Assembly (NCBI RefSeq): GCF_009914755.1
Contig: NC_060932.1
Reading direction: 5' to 3' (one strand)
Length of the DNA stretch: 64,000 nt
From: the human T2T-CHM13v2.0 reference genome, Homo sapiens
In this document: piece after piece, positions 57,732 to 64,000 of the stretch
Position numbering within the stretch: the stretch's first letter is position 1
Layout of the letters: each line of letters begins with the position of its first letter
Position numbers and translations under genes: made by a program
Notes under the pieces: model-generated
The model's input: only the letters and a program-made list of their open reading frames with translations
Told to the model about the DNA's origin: nothing
Database searches by the model: none

Positions 57732-59152
57732 GTGACCTGTTGTCTGAAGCAGTTTTTCCTTCTTTTTGCACTCAGTTTACTCCATCCAAGATTCAAATTG
57801 TTTCCTTTTATGAAAAGAATTTCAGGACAATTTGGTGAACAAGTCTATGTTCGTATTTTTTATTCAAGATGATTGAGGATTCATCCTGATATCTAAAAAA
57901 ATGACAGCACATGTGCAAAAATGAGGATGCTAGAGAAGGTAGCTGTGAAATAGGAATGCTCCCTAGCAAGGTTTGTTAGCTGAAAGTAGGAGGGTAGGGT
58001 GCCAGAGCCTGATCTGTCTTTATTCAGCAGCTTGACCATGAGGAAATCACTTCCTTCCCTGGTCCTTGGTGTGTTCATCTGGGAAATTAAAACATTGTTC
58101 TAAATAAGGAGGCCTCTGCCTTCACCACATGACATGATTTATGAGAATGGCCATCCTACTGCCTGCCATTTCCATGTGAAACCAGAATTCTCACTGTGGG
58201 GAGAAGGTCTTTCAGAGCAAAGCTTTTCCTTCTCCATGGCTATATTTTTTTCTGGTAGTTCTTAATCTGCTACTTACAATGGGAATGTACCAAGAAAAAT
58301 TGCACTTAGTCTCTGTAGAGTTCACCTTTATCATTCTGCCTAATACTCAGCCTTCCATGATGAGGAGGGAGAAGACGGTGTCTCATCTGCCAATAACCCA
58401 TTTCTAGAAATGATGTAAGTCAGAATAGCAGGTGCTGTATTCTGGTGTGCACTGTAAAAGGAGAGCCTCAGGGTCAGGAGCCAGGACGCGTGTCCCAGGT
58501 CCTCCACTTCCTGGCTATGAGCTTTGGACATGGCCACTCAACTTCTGTGAGTCTCAGGTCTTTAACTAATAAAATATATATCTAACTGGGTTACTTCACA
58601 GAGAGGTCATGAGAACCATATAGGACAGCATTTAAGAAAACAATCTGAAAACATTAGGATGCAGTAAACATGGGCTTTCAAATGCCCGAAAGATGTCTCA
58701 AGGAAAAAAGGCATATAGAGTCACAATAATGCCAATATCATGTAAATTACACTTCCAGCAGTCATTTGGTGCCAACTCCTAGGCGCCTCCTTCTCCACAG
58801 ACCAAGGTCACAGCATTCCAAAAACCGTATCCCCCTCTAAGTGATCCTCTGAGAATTTCAGGACTATTTAGTGAAGAAATCACTGTTCACCTTGCAGGAC
58901 GAGAAACGATTGAGACTGTCATATTTAGAAAAATGATAGCATCATAAACAAGTAGACATCAATAACAAATGGATAAAAGCATGTTCAAGATATTCTAATT
59001 CAAAGTATTATGTAGACTGAAAAACAATAGTATTTACCCAAGAAAATGTACTTGTTGCTGTGGTTCAGTAATAACTTTTTTTTAGCACTATCTGAGACCA
59101 ATTTCTCTGAACCAGCTTGTGGTCAGTAGAATGAAAATCCTTACGTATAATG

Positions 59153-60465
59153 TTGATTGATTTTCAGTAATGGTGCCAAGACCATCAATGGGGAATGGAC
59201 AGCATCTTCAATGAATGGTGCTGAGAAAACTGGATATCTACCTGCTAAAGAACCAACTGGGTCCTTACCTTATCTTACCTTACCTTATACTATATGTACA
59301 AATCAATTCAAATGGAATAAAGACATAAAACTATAAAGCTCCTAGAAGAAAACATAGGGCAAGAGCTTTATAACATTGCATTTGTCAATGATTTCTTGGA
59401 TATGACACCAAAAGCACAAGCAACAAAAGAAAAAATAGATAAACTGAACTTCACTGAAATTGAAGACTTTGTGCCCTAAAGGACCCTTGCAAGAGAGTGA
59501 AAAGGCAACCCAAAGAATGGGAGAAAGTATTTGCAAATAACTTTATCTGGTAAGGAATTAATATCTAGAATATATAAAGAGGTCCTATAATTAAAACAAA
59601 TGAGCAGCCCAGTTCAAACCTGGTCAAAGGCTCTGAATAGATATTCCTCCAAAGAAGATATACAAATGGCTAATAAGTACCAAAAGATGTGCAATGTCAC
59701 TAGCCACTAGGGACATGCAAATCAAAACCACAACAAGATACGATTTCACACTTATAGGATTGCCATTACCAAAAAACAAAAAATTTAAAAAAAAAACATA
59801 TTGGTAAGGATGTAAAGACATTGGAAGCTTTGTACATTTCTGATGGGAAGGTAAAATGGTGCAGTCACTGTGAAAACACTTTGGTAGTTCCCCAAAAAAT
59901 TAAACAGAATTACTATATGATCCAGCAGTTTCACTCGTAGGTATATATCCAAAAGAAATGAAGAGAGAGAATCAAACAGACGCCAATATTCACAGCAGTA
60001 TTATTCACCATAGCCAAAATGTGGAAACAACTCAGATGTCCACCAACAGATGACTGAATAAACAGAATATGGTATATACATAGAATGGAATATTATTCAA
60101 GCCTAAAAAGGAATAAAGTTCTGACACATGCTACTACATGAATGAACCACAAACATTATGCTAAGTGAAATAAGCCAGATATAAAAGGACAAATATTATA
60201 TGAATCTACTTACATGAGGTACCTAGAACGGGCGAATCCATATAGACAGAGGGTCGAATAGAGATTACCAGGGGCTGGAGGGAGGAAGGAATGGGGGTTA
60301 ATGTTCAATAGGTGCAGAGTTTCTGTTTGGGATGATTAAAAGTTCTGGAGATAGATGACTATGACGTTTGCACAAAAATGTAAATGTACTCAATGTCATT
60401 GAATTGTACACTTAAAAGTGTTTAAAATGGTAAATGTTATGTATATTTTACCACAAGAAATAAAA
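59153..60465 (+). mobile_element. L1MB-type 3' fragment
   Basis: GGTGCCAAGACCA..ATGGTGCTGAGAAAACTGG..ATTATGCTAAGTGAAATAAGCCAG..GAATTGTACACTTAAA..ATTTTACCACAA. Confidence 0.88.
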
Positions 60466-60710
60466 TATAGACTGGAGGTCCTCATGTCATGGAAAATTGT
60501 TTTTCTGTCACTTAGTATGTAAAGTGGATGTGTTCTATTTACTGAAGAGTCTTCGAGATCAGGGAGGAAAGACAGAATTCATAGAAAAGAGACAGCACCT
60601 GAATTTTCCAGTGCCCCCTGCAGCCCTTACTCATGCTCATCAATCTAAGGTTTTCTGCAATCAATTTTCTTCTTTCCCCCTTTCAAATGCTTTTCATGAT
60701 GGCAAATAAG

Positions 60711-60826
60711 GATGTCAAGCTTCAGCACCCTTGCATCTCTGGATAAATGAAATGTCACCCCAGCTGCCGTCCTTGTTCAGATCTGTGCAATAAAGAGCAA
60801 AGCATAAAACCAAGTCAAGGCTTTGA
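60711..60826 (+). other. Candidate non-coding exon (or first exon)
   Basis: Polypyrimidine tract at about 60665-60695, first AG at 60709-60710, donor TGA|GTAAGT at 60826/60827 and GC-box GGGGCGGG just downstream. Confidence 0.35.
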
Positions 60827-61471
60827 GTAAGTCTGGGGAAATAAAAGACACCAGTCCTTAGGGGCTGGAGGAGGGGAAACAGCCGAGAGAGGGGGGCGGG
60901 AGGGGAAGCAAGAAGTCGTCCAGATGATGAAAGCGTTTTATAACTTGATGTGAAATGTCCAGATGGTGGTAGTTACATGTATGTTTACTTGAGGATTATT
61001 TATAACATACACTTGTATGTAATATTTTGAATGTGTCCTAGAGCTTGTGAAAAAATTGCCTTTAAAACGTATAATTAACAAGATTGTTGACAAACTGAGT
61101 GTAATAAATGAGGAAGACAAACTCATTGAGGAAGTTCCCAATCTTCCTGTCTGGATGACTTTTCTGTCTCTCAAAACTGCTGCCTGTTAACTTGCTCTTA
61201 GCAGTTAGTTCTTCACAATGGAAATGACATCAGTTCAAAGTGTTAGTCTTTACCTTTCACTCAATCTAACTTATCTCAGTGCAGTCCCTAGGGAAAGGAT
61301 GAACCCTAAACTAAGAGCCAAAATATTACTGAAGTGATAGACTTAAATTTCCTACTCTCACGACTGTTGGAGCAGAAGATTTCACAATACTTTGTAATAA
61401 AAGCAAAAAGTGTAAATCTTAAAAAAAAAAAAAAAGTACTCCAATAATGGCCTTTTCCCTCTGCCTTGCAG

Positions 61472-61759
61472 GGGAGTGACCTACAAAATGCATAATGTGA
61501 AACAATGCAAAAGCGAAAGGTGCAAAATCCCCATCAAAGAGCTGGAGGCTGACAGATGCGCCAGTGATAATTCCCATCTTCCAACACAGGAGCACAGCTT
61601 CCATTTTCCATAACAGAACAACAGCCAGAGCAGCTGGAAGGCAGGGCCGCATCCCAGACTTCCACCAACAATGGGATGAGACTTGACATCTGGAATCACA
61701 ACCACAACAGACCTAAGAGACCCACCAGCTTGATGACAAGCTTCTTCTTTCAAAGAAAG
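61472..61759 (+). other. Candidate 288-nt exon containing a 41-codon sORF (61488-61613)
   Basis: Acceptor CCTTTTCCCTCTGCCTTGCAG (G at 61471) and a weaker donor AAG|GTATCA at 61759/61760. Confidence 0.4.
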
Positions 61760-62189
61760 GTATCAGTCTGGGGGACCTAGTGCTGCAAACCATGACAAAT
61801 TAAGTGTGGCATCCCTCACTTGCATAATGGAACTCAGTGATATTTTTTAATTAACAAGAGTTATTTTTATGTAAGCTTCTCTCATTCCTCCACTGTGCGT
61901 GCTCGGGGGCTGGTGGTGAGGAAAAAGAAAACAGCTGTGCGGGAAGCATCAAGAAAAGGCAAGTCATGAAGTCTTAGAGATCAGTGACATGTAAGAAAAA
62001 GAGTGAGGAGAAAAATATTCCTACTAAAGTTTTCCATTTGTTTACCTTCCTTGTCACATAGACTTCCAAGAGTTAGAAGTCTAGGATTTGATCTCCAAAT
62101 CTTCCTGGCAGATTACTCATCTTCATTTCATTCATATAGTCCAGGGGTTTGTACAAAGGAAGATGCCAGTTCTTCCCCAATCATAACTA

Positions 62190-62520
62190 AGATATCAAGA
62201 GATATTCTTTTGAAATGTAACAAAGGAGATCTGAAGTTCATCTGAAAAAAATAAATGGGTAAGTATACTGACAAATATTTTGGCAAAATAAAAGTAATGA
62301 GGAGATACTAGCATTAGCCTCATCAGGCATTAAAATATATTATAAAGTTATAATATGTAAAACAGCATGGGACTGGCACTGAAACTGACAGTTCAACTGA
62401 AGAGAATAGACAAGTTAGAAGTAAGTCTTGATGTATGTAAGAATTTAATAAATTTGAAAGATGGTAAGGAAAGATAGGATTGCTTAAAAAATGGTTTTGG
62501 TGCAATTGATTAACTTTTCA
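62190..62520 (+). mobile_element. Ancient L1M ORF2 remnant
   Basis: AAGTTCATCTGAAAA..ATTAAAATATATTATAAAG..AAAACAGCATGGGACTGGCA corresponds to the YYKA..KTAWYW region. Confidence 0.65.
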
Positions 62521-63000
62521 TAAACTGGGTCAGCTCTTACTAGATATTTCTCTGAGACACTCACCCACCCCAAGTGTCCCCCAGCTCTCTGAGCTTCCCA
62601 GCTATATGACATCAGAGCTCAGGAAACTCTGGTCCTCTCCATCCTGGTCTCCCACCATTTTCTCTGCAGCCCCCAATCTTCCTGAGATCACAGCTCCCAT
62701 GGGCACCATTACCCTCTACTGCCAGCATCACTCTTGGGCAAGGAAAACTCCACCCTCCCATGAGCTTCTTACGACAAAGTGTGGTCACAGGCCTCCATAA
62801 CTCCCATAGAACACCCGAGATCAGGAAATCTGCAAGTATCTGGGATGTCTTTATTATAGTCAGTGGTTGCCAGAGGTTAGTGGGGAGGGAGGGATGAATA
62901 AGCAGAGCATAGAGGAATTTTAGGGCAGTGAAACTACCCTGTATGATACTATAACGGTGACTATATGACATTTTATATAGTCCAAACCCATAGATTATAT

Positions 63001-63774
<774 letters not shown>

Positions 63775-64000
63775 GTGTAACACCCAGAGTGAGCTGTAAT
63801 GTAAACTATGGATTTTGGGTGAGAATGACATGTCAATGTAGGGTCATCAATTGTAACAGATGTCCCACTCTGGTGCAGAATGTCAATAGTGAAGGAGACT
63901 CTGCAGGTGTGCGGTCAGGATAACAGAACAGAACTCTGTATTTTCTGCTCAATTCTGCTATGGATCTAAAACTTCTCTAAAAATTAAAGTCCATTAAAAT

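Overview
This looks like primate, most likely human, non-coding genomic DNA. It is CpG-depleted, has no CpG island and is dense in interspersed repeats: about 15 Alu copies or monomers (J, S and Y types), one 5'-truncated L1PA3-like element, older L1M, L2, L3/CR1 and MIR remnants, many MaLR/ERV solo LTRs, and MER1B and Tigger3a DNA elements. I found no credible cellular protein-coding gene. The only long ORF (32858-34288) is a dead L1 ORF2 fragment, and the other listed ORFs are Alu-, L1- or simple-repeat-derived or chance ORFs. Noteworthy items: (1) a 70-bp polyadenylated, TSD-flanked retrocopy of a MER41-type LTR 3' end; (2) a tailless, TSD-flanked U2 snRNA 5' fragment; (3) a 37-bp cluster of CRE, RFX X-box and AP-1 sites; (4) candidate + strand non-coding exons near 48.6 kb and 60.7-61.8 kb, one with a 41-codon sORF; (5) an indel-free 193-bp local duplication; (6) a near-pristine AluYc1-like insertion; and (7) several nested insertions whose order can be read from their TSDs. 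Repeat subfamilies were called by eye from remembered consensus sequences and need RepeatMasker/Dfam confirmation. I could not identify the locus and see no evidence for a novel multi-gene system.
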